Assembly: GCA_965649825.1 (NCBI GenBank) | Contig: OZ287723.1 | Coordinates: 19,874 to 83,873, forward strand | Length of the DNA: 64,000 nucleotides | Direction: 5' to 3' | Source: Penicillus capitatus | Lineage: Eukaryota > Plantae > Chlorophyta | Shown here: piece after piece, positions 20,301 to 31,100 of the stretch | Layout of the letters: each line of letters starts with the position of its first letter | Position numbering within the stretch: position 1 is the first letter of the stretch | Program-made: the position numbers and the translations under genes | Notes under the pieces: generated by a model | Told to the model about the DNA's origin: nothing | What the model saw: only the letters and a program-made list of their open reading frames with translations | Databases searched by the model: none

Positions 20301-23300
20301 ATTTATGTATTTATCCTTCGAAAATTATTTCGTTTATTTTAAACTTTTTAAATTTCCGAAAATATCAAAGAGAGTTATTTTTTGAAAGAATTAGTCCATT
20401 TTTAGAAACGAAAAAGGATTCTACGAAGCACGAATCTTTAATAAATTATCATATATGTGACTCGTTGCAAAACAGGTTTAATTGTATTAAATTTATAAAT
20501 CTTCAAGCTGAAGGTCAAATATTCCTAAAGGCAAATACTTCTTTAGCTTTCAAAAAATTTTACAAATATAATTATTTATTTGGACCAATTAATAAAATTC
20601 CAAATTATTTTTTACTAATTGAAAATAATTTATTATTCAAAGAGGTAAATTTCAAAATTTATTTAAAATTTTTGTTAAAAAGTCAGCAAGTATTAATTAA
20701 TATTTGTCAGATTATTTTATTCAACTTAAATAAATATAACAATGAAAAATTTCAAATTCAATTTATAAAGAATATACCATTTGAAAAAATTCATCAATTT
20801 TTATTAAATATTAAACAAAAAAATCAAAAATATGATATTTCAATAAATTCTTTTAGATTTAAACCACAAAATTGGCTATTTTATTCGAATAGGATTAAGT
20901 TTCTTAATAAAATTCCAGACGAATTTTTTGAAATTAATAAAATGATTTATTATTTTATATGGCTTCAAAAATATTTTCTAACAAACGAGTCGTTAGAAAA
21001 CATAGAGGAAAACTTCATTCAATATTTTGAAGCTTATTTTAAACGGATTCCACCATCGCTGTACATTAATAAATACGATTACTCTCAAGTAAACGATGAA
21101 ATAATAAGCTTTAAACGGAAATTGCCTCGTATACTTGAAGTATTCGAATTTCCATTATATATTCTTTCAAATTCTTTTCGTACTAAAGCTAACAATTACC
21201 CTTATAAACTTACAAACGTAGATAACCTCAATAGAATGCTTGACCCAATTAAGGGTAGAAATCAAAAAACACTTAAAAATCAATATAATTTAACTATTGA
21301 AAACTTTAAGGATGAAATTCCATTTCAATTCAATCAGAATGATTTTTTAAATGATAAAACTGAAGACGCAAACTATTTGATGAATATGTATTATGAAGTA
21401 CTTGGGAAAATGTTTTACGAATTAGAAAATTTTAGCAAAGAGGAGAAAAAAAATTATCTTTATGAGGATTATTTTCAACAATTTTTTAAAGATAAAATTG
21501 TTGCTATTCTTAATTATTATGTAAGGACAAACTATTTTACGAAAAAAATACAAACTTTTCCAATTTTCAAAAATTCAGTAGTACGTCAAATGTCAGGTTA
21601 TTTTTACCCAGATTTTTGGAAAACAAAAAAGATGAGAAAAATTTTAATAACAAAAATACCTATTGACAATAAAAAGAATATTGAAATATACGATAAGAAA
21701 ACTAAAAAATTGGAGGTGATAATTTTCGATGACAGCAAACCTCAATTTCAAATATTTAAAAACTTAGGATTACCTTTTTTTTATCAAATTTTTGAATTAA
21801 ACGAACCGATTAATCAATACTCATGGTCAATACTTTTCTTTTTCAGCATCGGATTCTTTGTTATCATTTTATCCAAAAATATTTTTAAAAAGTACGCTAA
21901 AGAAGTTTTAGAATCAGGTATAAATTTATTATACTATTCAGGACTGTTACGCGATCAGGAATGGGCTAAACAGGAAGTTAAAATAACGACACGAATAACA
22001 AAAGGATATCGCGACCTTTATAAAATTAAGAAGACAAAATTAACAAGTCTTCGAGGTTTAAAATCTATTATTTTACGTTTGAGTGAAATGATATACTTTT
22101 TAAAACAAGCAAGTTTTATAAAATTGACTAATGACCCTTTGCTTAATTATTGCGTATTTTATAATGAACACCACGTCAAACGGGATAAATTTTACTTAAA
22201 TTATTCAAAACCGAAAGGATTTTTATTTAATGGAGCTCCAGGTACCGGAAAAACATTTCTTGTTCAAGCCATTGTAGGAGAATCGAAAGTACCTGTAGTA
22301 ACACAATCTGGTGGTTTAATGAAAAATCCACGATTACGTGGTAAAGGGGCTCAAACTATTCACAAACTTTTCATAAGAGCACGTGCAATTGCTCCTTGTC
22401 TTATTTTTATAGATGAATTAGATGGCATTGGAATTCGTCGTTATACAAAAAAAGTAGCAAATAATTATTCTACGTATGATATTATCCAATTTCTTGAAAG
22501 TGTTGAAACAAACGCCTTTCCTCCTGAAATTTTAAACCTAAAAATTAAAAGGAAAAAGGAATTTGTTGATGATCGGAGCGAGTATTGGAAAGAACCTGAA
22601 TTCACACAAACAGTTCAATCATATAAAAATCCAGTTGATATTTTAGAAGAATTACAATCTATTCGAAAAGCCCGCAATGAACAAATAAATATATTAATAC
22701 AATTATTAATTGAACTTGATGGAGTCCATCCATTAGATAAAATTATAGTTATTGGTGCAACAAATCAAATAGAAATTTTAGATCCAGCATTAATACGTCC
22801 CGGAAGACTTCAACTCATTTTCCACTTTTTTTTACCAGGTTATAATAATCGTATAAAAATATTAAAATTTTATACGAAATCTTCAAGAATTGGGACTAAA
22901 AATATTTCTTGGGATTATTTTTCTAAACGAACGAATAGATTAAGCTCTGCAGATGTTGCTGCTATTGTTTTTGCTTCAGAATTAATTGCTATTAGAAAGT
23001 CTAGAAAACATACATTTGAAACTCTCGAAAGAGGTATTGAGTTAATTACAAGTTATCCAAGTGACCCACTCCTATTTAGATTGAAAAAGATTTTTATTTA
23101 TCTTAAAATATTAAAACAAAAATTTTTTTCTACGAATAATTTTTATTTTTTAAATTCAAATTCAAATTTAAATTTAATCGCTCCTCCTCCCAAAAAGCGA
23201 ATTATAGTTGAATTATCACATATTATAAGAAGTACATATTATAATATAGGTAAAATGTTTATTGGGTCTTATTTTCAATATAAACTACAAATGTCGAGTT

Positions 23301-24211
23301 TCGATCCTTATATAACTCTTTGGGCCCGCCCAAAAAATTTCCGTTTTGTTTTTTTCACTAAAAATTTCAATGAATTTGACGACTTTGAAAAAAAAAAAAT
23401 TCCTAAAAATGAAATTGAAAAAAGATTTTTAACGTTTTTTGGTGGAAAAGTCGCTGAATCTATTTTTATTTTTTTACCATTACAGAAATTCTCGGCAGAA
23501 AATTCTTTTAACTTTAATTCAATTCTTGTTTCATTCGAGAATATCTTCGAACAATCAGACTTTGAAATTCAAAATGAACTTCAAATAGCCCAAGATCTTC
23601 TAAAATTAATTATTAAAAAATGGAATTTTTATAGCGATAAAATTGCGACTGAAAAGTTTCACCCTATTTTTGAAAATTCAAATTTAGTAGAATATGTTTC
23701 CTACCCAACAAGTGAACTTTTCGTATCCCAAGTATTTATTGATGAAATGATTGTTAATCTTAATATGCGAAATAAACTTTCACTAAATGAACAAAAACGT
23801 TCATATAAAACTTGGTGGATAAAAAAAACTGCAACACAATTAAATTATATCGAAAATCGTTATCATTTGTTAGAATGGTCTCGCATTTATCTTTCAGATC
23901 CACAAAATTCAATTCAAAATATTGAATGGGTTTCACCAGATAAGTATTTTAATACTATTTTGCGTACACCTCCTTATTGTATAGCATGGTCGTTGTTTAT
24001 GGAAAATCGACATTTGATTATTAAAAACCTAGTGTCCCTCCAAGCTTTCAATGTAATATTTCGAATAGTGCGTCAATTTTCTGAACTTTTTGATTTTCTT
24101 TCGGATTATTTATTACGGACTGAGTATTTAACAGAAAATGAATTGGACTCGAAAATTTATCAATTTTACATATTATTTAAAGAGGAATTATTTAAAGAGG
24201 AAATTTCATAA
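17399..24211 (+). CDS. ftsH: FtsH/Ycf2-family giant AAA ATPase
   Basis: Walker A GAPGTGKT, Walker B LIFIDELD, SRH ATNQIEILDPALIRPGRL; HExxH replaced by TYYNIGK; about 1,500-aa unrecognised N-terminus. Confidence 0.9.
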   Translation: MIKKKILLILNEIFRIMHFFRRPFAIIGVRTARQIKKVSIFLSFFILSIEILQINFQNQKFVVFKHYPILSEKKISQKFETFFLKSTKDPTIYSEYVNARNEIYNKTYQNLSEKKKNLIDFYDYLDYRSERVDDSYYEHPQTLDQIQNLYKKNEVLNIYKNFEQINLMLNAELTQQQEEMFNILRLQYQNEEDELLINWYIDVPYLHWSVAERNFNQKEYIDLLNWRFKNKDLVIRDLKKENSLDKMHTVLKKLYPQYQKLIQTNVDEEFHETDMHRIFLFTKQRQRGLRIKDEKYKIQQNKIFIETEFITSPPPSPIEKLYPIDLVLFIIWSRMWDIIWGRIGYIIWEIILDFLFTTIYQEKIIKQLEEQELKEIEDYKQQVKQIRAERKKESDELEKMDNDLIYSLRLQRDIDAQYSYVQLSTPSFLETETFFDKRGRKIWRPRPKSLIEEYGDRFSLYCRYPRDSSMLLNPTYTIPSYTLTHSPYYKIENLYKLPYLVISVAESEDRKQNPWKFFNELKARQIRERELRFLQITLKSFRKDELDKKYPIPKFRATPKKKKKQKERFCLEGRHHYKIIKKFKSQIPPSITKLEQRAIKNKKTLFEDELLNEEAANWDYYIKKLEDQIPYKLQGFEKVELPILSKPNSPGDRLLSTAFNVYRLQEYEIQNYSKSKLEQGLKKLASLHLEAPKTYSEYCKMKNEKINFYVCFNNINLIFDQISDIRNYKTFYKFLETLVEVMNLKQFKPFFKPLKKSTYTKYKKFELQNLVRNRKFMKNKLPLVYLLPISKEKYKPEYNSRKAASKYKKERKEYIKLAGPQIIDNKTDFTVEFFGQYITLDLNEYLVFQEWREKTNRIKFSRLFLSDKKISPVFEQTLEKPHLNMLVNAEDYLLELIFDVLDMDTINLKLEQINEILSILTMLPSKYKPYKYKMGKKTKYKLESRVTKPLATLFPENEKNNNQEDKRDLCIYPSKIISFILNFLNFRKYQRELFFERISPFLETKKDSTKHESLINYHICDSLQNRFNCIKFINLQAEGQIFLKANTSLAFKKFYKYNYLFGPINKIPNYFLLIENNLLFKEVNFKIYLKFLLKSQQVLINICQIILFNLNKYNNEKFQIQFIKNIPFEKIHQFLLNIKQKNQKYDISINSFRFKPQNWLFYSNRIKFLNKIPDEFFEINKMIYYFIWLQKYFLTNESLENIEENFIQYFEAYFKRIPPSLYINKYDYSQVNDEIISFKRKLPRILEVFEFPLYILSNSFRTKANNYPYKLTNVDNLNRMLDPIKGRNQKTLKNQYNLTIENFKDEIPFQFNQNDFLNDKTEDANYLMNMYYEVLGKMFYELENFSKEEKKNYLYEDYFQQFFKDKIVAILNYYVRTNYFTKKIQTFPIFKNSVVRQMSGYFYPDFWKTKKMRKILITKIPIDNKKNIEIYDKKTKKLEVIIFDDSKPQFQIFKNLGLPFFYQIFELNEPINQYSWSILFFFSIGFFVIILSKNIFKKYAKEVLESGINLLYYSGLLRDQEWAKQEVKITTRITKGYRDLYKIKKTKLTSLRGLKSIILRLSEMIYFLKQASFIKLTNDPLLNYCVFYNEHHVKRDKFYLNYSKPKGFLFNGAPGTGKTFLVQAIVGESKVPVVTQSGGLMKNPRLRGKGAQTIHKLFIRARAIAPCLIFIDELDGIGIRRYTKKVANNYSTYDIIQFLESVETNAFPPEILNLKIKRKKEFVDDRSEYWKEPEFTQTVQSYKNPVDILEELQSIRKARNEQINILIQLLIELDGVHPLDKIIVIGATNQIEILDPALIRPGRLQLIFHFFLPGYNNRIKILKFYTKSSRIGTKNISWDYFSKRTNRLSSADVAAIVFASELIAIRKSRKHTFETLERGIELITSYPSDPLLFRLKKIFIYLKILKQKFFSTNNFYFLNSNSNLNLIAPPPKKRIIVELSHIIRSTYYNIGKMFIGSYFQYKLQMSSFDPYITLWARPKNFRFVFFTKNFNEFDDFEKKKIPKNEIEKRFLTFFGGKVAESIFIFLPLQKFSAENSFNFNSILVSFENIFEQSDFEIQNELQIAQDLLKLIIKKWNFYSDKIATEKFHPIFENSNLVEYVSYPTSELFVSQVFIDEMIVNLNMRNKLSLNEQKRSYKTWWIKKTATQLNYIENRYHLLEWSRIYLSDPQNSIQNIEWVSPDKYFNTILRTPPYCIAWSLFMENRHLIIKNLVSLQAFNVIFRIVRQFSELFDFLSDYLLRTEYLTENELDSKIYQFYILFKEELFKEEIS

Positions 24212-24236
24212 ATAAATACTCGACTATTTTATTAAA

Positions 24237-24341
24237 ATGCAAGTTAATATTTTAGGCTTAAGTGCGATAACGTTTTTCATTTTCTTTTCAACTGCATTTT
24301 TATTAATTTTATTCGTAAAAACAGAAAGTCAGCGTATTTAG
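24237..24341 (+). CDS. psbM: photosystem II protein M
   Basis: MQVNILGLSAITFFIFFSTAFLLILFVKTESQRI*. Confidence 0.9.
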   Translation: MQVNILGLSAITFFIFFSTAFLLILFVKTESQRI

Positions 24342-24410
24342 TTGAAAAATCTCTTTAATTTTAAGTTTAATTTATCAGTAGAGACTTTTCAACTATAACT
24401 CTTATTTACT

Positions 24411-25493
24411 TCATTTTTGAGAAAAAATGACAATTTTATCGTTAACTGAAAAAATCCATTTTTCTGATATTGATTGATTCCAGTAATAATTATATAGCCA
24501 TTTGATATTTTTTTTTTTATGACGTTTTTTCATCCAATACCAAATTTGATAAAAAAAATAATCATTTCTATATATTTTTCTCCAATTAATAATTTTTCTA
24601 TTGAAATTCGCAATAATTTTATCAATAGGTTGATTTTTATTAAAACATTTCTTTATTTCTTTTCTATAACTAAATAAATTTTTATAACTTGCTCGAGCTT
24701 TTAAATGGTTTGCACTTTTTTTAAAAAACCATCCTAGAAAATATATACCATTTTTTAAACAAGAAAATTTTACAAATTGAAAATTAAGTCCATAAATTTT
24801 CGGATCTAAATAGAGACCTTGAAATTCTTTTTTTAAAAAAAATAAAGCAATGGTATTATATTCAAAAATTTCTACTGGAACAGAATTTGATAAATAAAGT
24901 TTTTTTTTTGCAGAATAATAAAAAGATTTCGATACCGGAAATTGTTTAAAAGTTTTCAAATTCACTTTAAAATGAAAAATTACTAATTGTTTAAATATTT
25001 TTTTTAACAAAAAGAGTTTTTTTGATTTTTTTTTTTTGAATATTTCATTTAAAAAAAATTTTTTCTCAACCGATATATTTGATATTATCCAATACTTATT
25101 TTTTTTACTAAAAAAATTTGAAAATTTACAAAAAAGAACATATTGAACAAACGATTTTTTTAAATATCGACGAAAAGTTTCATAAATTTTATTAGATTCG
25201 AAATATGTAAGACTTCTTTGATTATCCAGTATTGGCGATAATGCAAAAATCCATAATCTAACAACAATATCTCGTTTAAAGAATTGACGATATTTTTTTG
25301 AACCAAAATTCGTTTCTAAAAGATTATCTTTTAGAATTTCATTAATTATTAATAATTGAATAAAACTATTTCGATGGAGTAATCGTTGATAATTGCGACA
25401 AAAACGTATACTTCTTTTTTTCTCATTAGACTGACGAATTGCTTTTTGAATCTTTAATAATTTACAGTACCCATAAAACCAAGGTGTTTTCAT
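24411..25493 (-). CDS. free-standing degenerate group II intron reverse transcriptase/maturase-like protein
   Basis: RVT_N-like LQKAIRQS...YQRLLHRNSFIQLL; RT2-like RDIVVRLWIFALSP; RT7 GIYFLGW; domain X IIANFNRKIINWRKIY and WYWMKKRHKKKNIKWLYNYYW. No YADD, and no domain V found nearby. Confidence 0.8.
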   Translation of the reverse strand: MKTPWFYGYCKLLKIQKAIRQSNEKKRSIRFCRNYQRLLHRNSFIQLLIINEILKDNLLETNFGSKKYRQFFKRDIVVRLWIFALSPILDNQRSLTYFESNKIYETFRRYLKKSFVQYVLFCKFSNFFSKKNKYWIISNISVEKKFFLNEIFKKKKSKKLFLLKKIFKQLVIFHFKVNLKTFKQFPVSKSFYYSAKKKLYLSNSVPVEIFEYNTIALFFLKKEFQGLYLDPKIYGLNFQFVKFSCLKNGIYFLGWFFKKSANHLKARASYKNLFSYRKEIKKCFNKNQPIDKIIANFNRKIINWRKIYRNDYFFYQIWYWMKKRHKKKNIKWLYNYYWNQSISEKWIFSVNDKIVIFSQK

Positions 25494-25539
25494 ATTTTTA
25501 AATAATTATGTATTTTTAATTATGTATTTTTTTTTATGT

Positions 25540-25592
25540 ATTGTAAACCAAATTACTCACCTAATCGACTGATCTACTATTTGGTTTACAAT
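25540..25592. other. 14-bp stem-loop between psbZ 3' end and the maturase-like ORF
   Basis: ATTGTAAACCAAAT - 25 nt - ATTTGGTTTACAAT. Confidence 0.65.
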
Positions 25593-25648
25593 TTGATTTC
25601 TAATTTAATTTTTTACAATTTTATATGTTTTTTAATTCAAACGAAAAT

Positions 25649-25852
25649 TTAAACGAAAAACGAATTAAGTATACCAACTATAAAAATAAGCAAAAACCAT
25701 AAACCAATACCTATAAAAAATTTTTTTTTATTTTCTTTCCAACCTAAAGCAAAAGTGGTGGAAGAACCTAAAACAACAATAGGAAATCCAATAACTAATA
25801 CAAATGAAACTGCTAGAAAAGAAAAAACAGTAAATTGAAATAAAAAATTCAT
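25649..25852 (-). CDS. psbZ: photosystem II protein Z
   Basis: MNFLFQFTVFSFLAVSFVLVIGFPIVV...GWKENKKKFFIGIGLWFLLIFIVGILNSFFV; loop about 5 aa longer than usual. Confidence 0.93.
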   Translation of the reverse strand: MNFLFQFTVFSFLAVSFVLVIGFPIVVLGSSTTFALGWKENKKKFFIGIGLWFLLIFIVGILNSFFV

Positions 25853-25865
25853 TTTAAACAATTTA

Positions 25866-28073
25866 CTAACCAAATTTACTCGAAGTAGATGCAATTACAA
25901 AAGCAGCATAAGTTAAAATATAGCCTACAGTGAAGTGGACTAATCCAACTAAGCGTGCTTGTACAATCGATAAAGCTACAGGTTTATCGTGCCAATTAAT
26001 TAAATTGGCCAATGGTGTTCGTTCATGAGCCCATGTGAGTGTTTCTATTAATTCTTGCCAATATCCACGCCACGAAATTAAGAACATAAATCCAGTGGCG
26101 TAAACTAAATGTCCAAAAAGGAACATCCACGCCCAAACAGATAAACTATTCATTCCAAATGGATTATATCCATTAATTAATTGAGATGAATTTAGCCATA
26201 AATAATCACGTAGCCAACCCATGAGATAAGTTGAAGATTCATTAAATTGATTAACATTTCCCTGCCAAATACCTAAATGTTTCCAATGCCAATAAAATGT
26301 AACCCATCCAATTGTATTTAACATCCAAAATACAGATAAATAAAACGCATCCCATGCTGAGATATCGCAAGTACCTCCCCGACCAGGACCATCACATGGA
26401 AAACTATAACCAAAATCTTTTTTATCGGGCATAAGTTTTGAACCACGGGCATCTAAAGCTCCTTTAACTAAAATAAGAGTTGTGACATGTAAACCTAATG
26501 CAATAGCATGATGGACTAGAAAATCCCCAGGACCAATAATTAAAAATAATGAATTTGCTTTATTATTAATCGCACTTAACCAACCAGGCAGCCAAAGTGT
26601 TTGGCTAGCATCATATGCTGGACTTTGGTCATTTGAAAGAAATACATCGAAACCATAAAGGTTTTTACCATGAGCTGCTTGGATCCACTGTGCAAAAAGT
26701 GGTTCAATTAAAATTTGTTTTTCAGGTGTTCCAAAAGCAAGCATAACATCATTATGAATATAAAGCCCTAAGGTATGAAATCCTAAAAATAAACTTACCC
26801 AACTTAAATGTGATATAATTGCTTCTTTATGGTCTAATATTCGTGCGAGTACATTATTTTTATTTAATATTGGATCATAATCACGAATAAAAAATATAGC
26901 TCCATGTGCAAAGGCGCCACACATAATAAAACCAGCAATATATTGGTGATGTGTATAAAGTGCTGCTTGTGTTGTAAAATCTTGCGCTAGAAAAGCATAA
27001 GCGGGGAGTGAATACATATGCTGCGCAACTAATGAACAAATTGTACCTAATGAGGCTAAGGCTAAGCCTAATTGAAAATGTAAAGAATTATTTACTACAT
27101 CAAATAATCCACTATGTCCAGTACCTAAACGACCACTTGGAGCAAAATGTATTTCTAAAATTTCTTTAAGACTATGTCCAATTCCAAAATTTGTGCGATA
27201 CATGTGTCCAGCAATGATGAAAATAACCGCAATTGCTAAATGATGATGAGCAATATCTGTTAACCATAAACTTTGTGTTTGGGGATGAAAACCACCAAGA
27301 AAAGTTAAAATAGCATCCCCGGAACCTTCATAAGTTCCGAAAAGATGGCTTCCTGTATCTGGGTTTTGGGAATATGCATTCCAATTCCCTGTAAAAAAGG
27401 GTGTTAATCCTTTCGGATGAGGTAACGTTGTTAAAAAATTAGACCATCGAACCGAAATTCCTCGTGATTGTGGTATAGCTACGTGAACTAAATGCCCAGT
27501 CCAAGCAAGTGAACTTATACCAAAAAGACCTGCTAAATGATGATTTAATCGAGATTCGGCATTTTTAAACCACCAAAAAGTTGGTTGAAATTTTGGTTGA
27601 AGATGTAACCATCCGGCAAATAAAAATACTCCAGAAACAATTAATAAAAAAACGGCACCTTGATAAAGATCTTGATTTGATGTACAACCTATAGTATACC
27701 ACCATTGATAAACTCCGGAAGTTGCAATATTTACAGGACCAGAAGTAGTTCCTCCTCTCGTAAATGCTTCAACCGCAGCTTGGCCAAAATGAGGATCCCA
27801 AATAGCATGAGCAATTGGTCTTATATGCAAAGGGTCTAAGACCCATTGTTCAAAATTTCCCTGCCAAGCCACATGAAATAAATTTCCAGAAGTCCATAAA
27901 AAAATAATAGCTAATTGACCAAAATGTGACGCAAAAATTTTTTGATATAGTGCTTCTTCAGTCATATCATCATGACTTTCAAAATCATGTGCTGTTGCAA
28001 TACCATACCAAAGACGTCGTGTGGTTGGATCGTTCGCCAGACTTTGACTAAATTTTGGGAATTTTGTAATCAT
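25866..28073 (-). CDS. psaB: photosystem I P700 apoprotein A2
   Basis: [22 protein letters not shown]; [18 protein letters not shown]. Confidence 0.99.
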   Translation of the reverse strand: MITKFPKFSQSLANDPTTRRLWYGIATAHDFESHDDMTEEALYQKIFASHFGQLAIIFLWTSGNLFHVAWQGNFEQWVLDPLHIRPIAHAIWDPHFGQAAVEAFTRGGTTSGPVNIATSGVYQWWYTIGCTSNQDLYQGAVFLLIVSGVFLFAGWLHLQPKFQPTFWWFKNAESRLNHHLAGLFGISSLAWTGHLVHVAIPQSRGISVRWSNFLTTLPHPKGLTPFFTGNWNAYSQNPDTGSHLFGTYEGSGDAILTFLGGFHPQTQSLWLTDIAHHHLAIAVIFIIAGHMYRTNFGIGHSLKEILEIHFAPSGRLGTGHSGLFDVVNNSLHFQLGLALASLGTICSLVAQHMYSLPAYAFLAQDFTTQAALYTHHQYIAGFIMCGAFAHGAIFFIRDYDPILNKNNVLARILDHKEAIISHLSWVSLFLGFHTLGLYIHNDVMLAFGTPEKQILIEPLFAQWIQAAHGKNLYGFDVFLSNDQSPAYDASQTLWLPGWLSAINNKANSLFLIIGPGDFLVHHAIALGLHVTTLILVKGALDARGSKLMPDKKDFGYSFPCDGPGRGGTCDISAWDAFYLSVFWMLNTIGWVTFYWHWKHLGIWQGNVNQFNESSTYLMGWLRDYLWLNSSQLINGYNPFGMNSLSVWAWMFLFGHLVYATGFMFLISWRGYWQELIETLTWAHERTPLANLINWHDKPVALSIVQARLVGLVHFTVGYILTYAAFVIASTSSKFG

Positions 28074-28180
28074 ATTAAATTTTAAATTAAACTAATTTTT
28101 TTATTTTGAGTCATAAAATTAAATCAGTATTTAGATGCTTGAGGGGTAGTGTACTGGTATTATAATGTACTAAATAGATA

Positions 28181-31100
28181 TTAAAAATATCCAGTACCAA
28201 TTGGTACTAATTTTCCTAAAATAACATTTTGTTTTAATCCCCGAAGAAAATCAGTTTGATTTTGAATTGCAGCTCGACCAAGAATTCGAGTTGTTTCTTG
28301 AAAACTTGCGGCTGACAAAAAACTTGAGGTTTCTAGACAAGTTTTTGTCATTCCGAGTAATATTGGTTCATATTTAATTTGATTTGATGAATAATTTAAA
28401 TTATTCATTCGATGTACCCACTCAAATGCGACAATTTCGCCATGAAGTAATCCTGTTTCACCGGGTTCTAAAATCAAAACATTTGATGTCATTTGTCGAA
28501 CAATAATTTCAATATGTTTATCTGAAATATGTATACCCTGACCACAATAAATACGTTGAATATTATTTATGACTGATGCTTGAAGTTCTTGAAGTCCTTG
28601 AAAATTTTCCAATTGTTTCTTCATTTCTCTTTTAGAAATTTTTTTTAAGAATTCCTGAAAATTATATTTTGATTTTTTTCGAGCCTCGAATACTTCTTCG
28701 ATTTTAGGAATTCCTTGCACAATATCTCCAGTTTTTGCTTGATTAAAAAAAATACTATATAAAGGTTGATTTTTATAAATAATTTCACCGTGATAGATAT
28801 ATAAAATACTTTGATCGCTTAAAAGGTAATTTGTTGTTTTTCTAAATAAAAGAGTATTATAAGTTTTTGCGACTAATAGACCTTCATAATTAGTGGTTAA
28901 TTCATCTCTTCCAAAGAATGATCCTAGCATTTGTTGAAAATTATCAATTTCAGAAAATTTCTTACCTAATAAACATAAACACAATTTTTTTCTATTTTGA
29001 AAATTATTTATTAGAAATAATTTAATTTTTTTTTTTTGAAGAGGTAAAAATTTACAGGAAAAATAATTTTCAATATTAGTAAATAAAAAGTTATGTTTTT
29101 GTATTTTTACAAGTGGATTTAAAATTTCACTATTTGTAAAAAATGAAAATAAACGAATAAAAATTGGATTTTCAAAAGAATAAAAAAATTTTTTTTGAAT
29201 TATTTTTAGGTTAATGTTTTTGATTTTTGAAAATAAACTTTTATTTTTTTCAGAAAGCAATTGAAATTTTGGAGAATAATATGAAAATAAATGAAAACTT
29301 ATTGGACGAATATTTAATAATTCGAATTTATTTTTATTTGAAAAATAAGGTATTTGAAATTTTAAAAATGGGAAAAATTTCTTTTTTGATTTTTTCTGGT
29401 TTATTTTTTTTAAATATTTCCAATCGTTAAGTATTATTTTTATTTTATTAAATAATGAAAATCTCAAATTTTTCGAAATTTTGAAAAATTTGGTAGCTGG
29501 CCCACCAACAGTGGTTTGTTTTTTATTTATAGAATATAAATAATTTCGATTGTTTATCATAAATGTCCAACATTTGGAAGATGAAACGAAAAGAAAAAAA
29601 GTTCTATTAAAATTTTTTTTAAATAATTTCGAATATTGTTTTTTTTTTGGTATTAGCGATTTCAAATAACGTATTTTATATTTTTGAAAATTTTTTGAAA
29701 TTTGATTTTTTTGAAAAATTAAAGATTTTTTTGAAATAGACTCTACTTGTTCATTATACTTATTTGTTTGAATTTTTAGAAAATTATAAATATTTTTATT
29801 TCTTTTAACTGAAAGTTTACGAGAATTTTTTTTTTTTTGAATATTTTTTCTAAAATTCATAAATTTTTGAACAGGTTTTTGAGGTTTTCTATTCAGAAAA
29901 CGAATTTTAAAATTTTTAAGAAAAGAAAAATTTTTTAATAAAAAACAATATGTATTCAAATAAAAATTAATCGTTTTTTGTTGAATTTTTGTTAAATCAA
30001 CTTTAATCAAATTTCTTTGAGAAATGATGGAATGTGGTAAAATTTTTTCTAATATAAAAATATTTTCTTGTTTCACATTACTAAAATTTTTTAAAGAAGG
30101 AAAAATTATAAAATCTTTATTTCTTAAAGGTAAATTTTTTTTTTTCTTTTTTTGAATAAAATTTTTTAAATATGTTGAAGAGCCAGTTTCCGATTTATGG
30201 CCAAAAAAACACCATTTTTCTTGGATAATATTGGATGAAAGTTTTTTATTTTCTTTGCGTTTGCGAAACCAACGCCGATTTTTTCTGAAATAAAGAAGAA
30301 TTCTAATATATACATTATCACCAATTTTTAACTGATTTTGTTTTTTTTGAAATTTACAAAAATAATATTTGTATTGATGTGGAAAAATTTTTCTTAAAAA
30401 AATTGCCGCAAAAATATATTGAGAAGTTGAGATATTTTTCCAATGAAGAATTCTTGGTTTAACTTGAAAATTTTGTCGAATACAATTTGAACAAAAATTT
30501 TTTAAAAAATTTTTGGGAAATACAGAGTTCAAAAAGTTTTCTTTATTTAATTGAAAAGTTCGATTTGAATTTGTTGTAGAATAAATTGTTTTAGTTCTAT
30601 ATTTGTAAATTCCTTGCCGATTAATAAAAAAAATAAATAAGTTTTGATTTATTTTTTTATGTTTGTGTTGAATTTGAAATGAAAATATAGAAAAAACATG
30701 ATAAGAAGTATTAATTAAATATTTTGTAATTTTTTCCCAGAGCGTAATAGGTGGCATATTCCATAATTGAGGAAAATTTATAATTTCACGGAACGTGAAT
30801 CTAGTTGTTAAAAATTTTGCATTCAAAATTGGCCTTGTAGATAAATAACCTAGATTTTTAAAAAAAATTGGAACCTCCGAAACTTGTTTTACAAAATATT
30901 TATTGGGATGACTCAGAACAATTTGTCTAAAAGGAATGGATTTATCTGTTAAATCTAATTCTTGGAAAAAACAATTTCTTTGTTTTTTCCAAATCGATAA
31001 AAATTGTGCTGATAAAATCCAAAACTTATTAATACCCTGAAGGCAATTAGTTTGTTTTCGTTTCAAAAAATCAAATTTTGTTTTTTCAAATAAAACAAAA

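Noticed and set aside
25540-25557. 15-nt identity (ATTGTAAACCAAATT) between this hairpin arm and tilS at 59732-59746, close to the tilS frameshift
   Set aside because: A rough estimate gives tens of chance 15-mer matches in 64 kb at this AT content, so a trans-acting guide is not supported.
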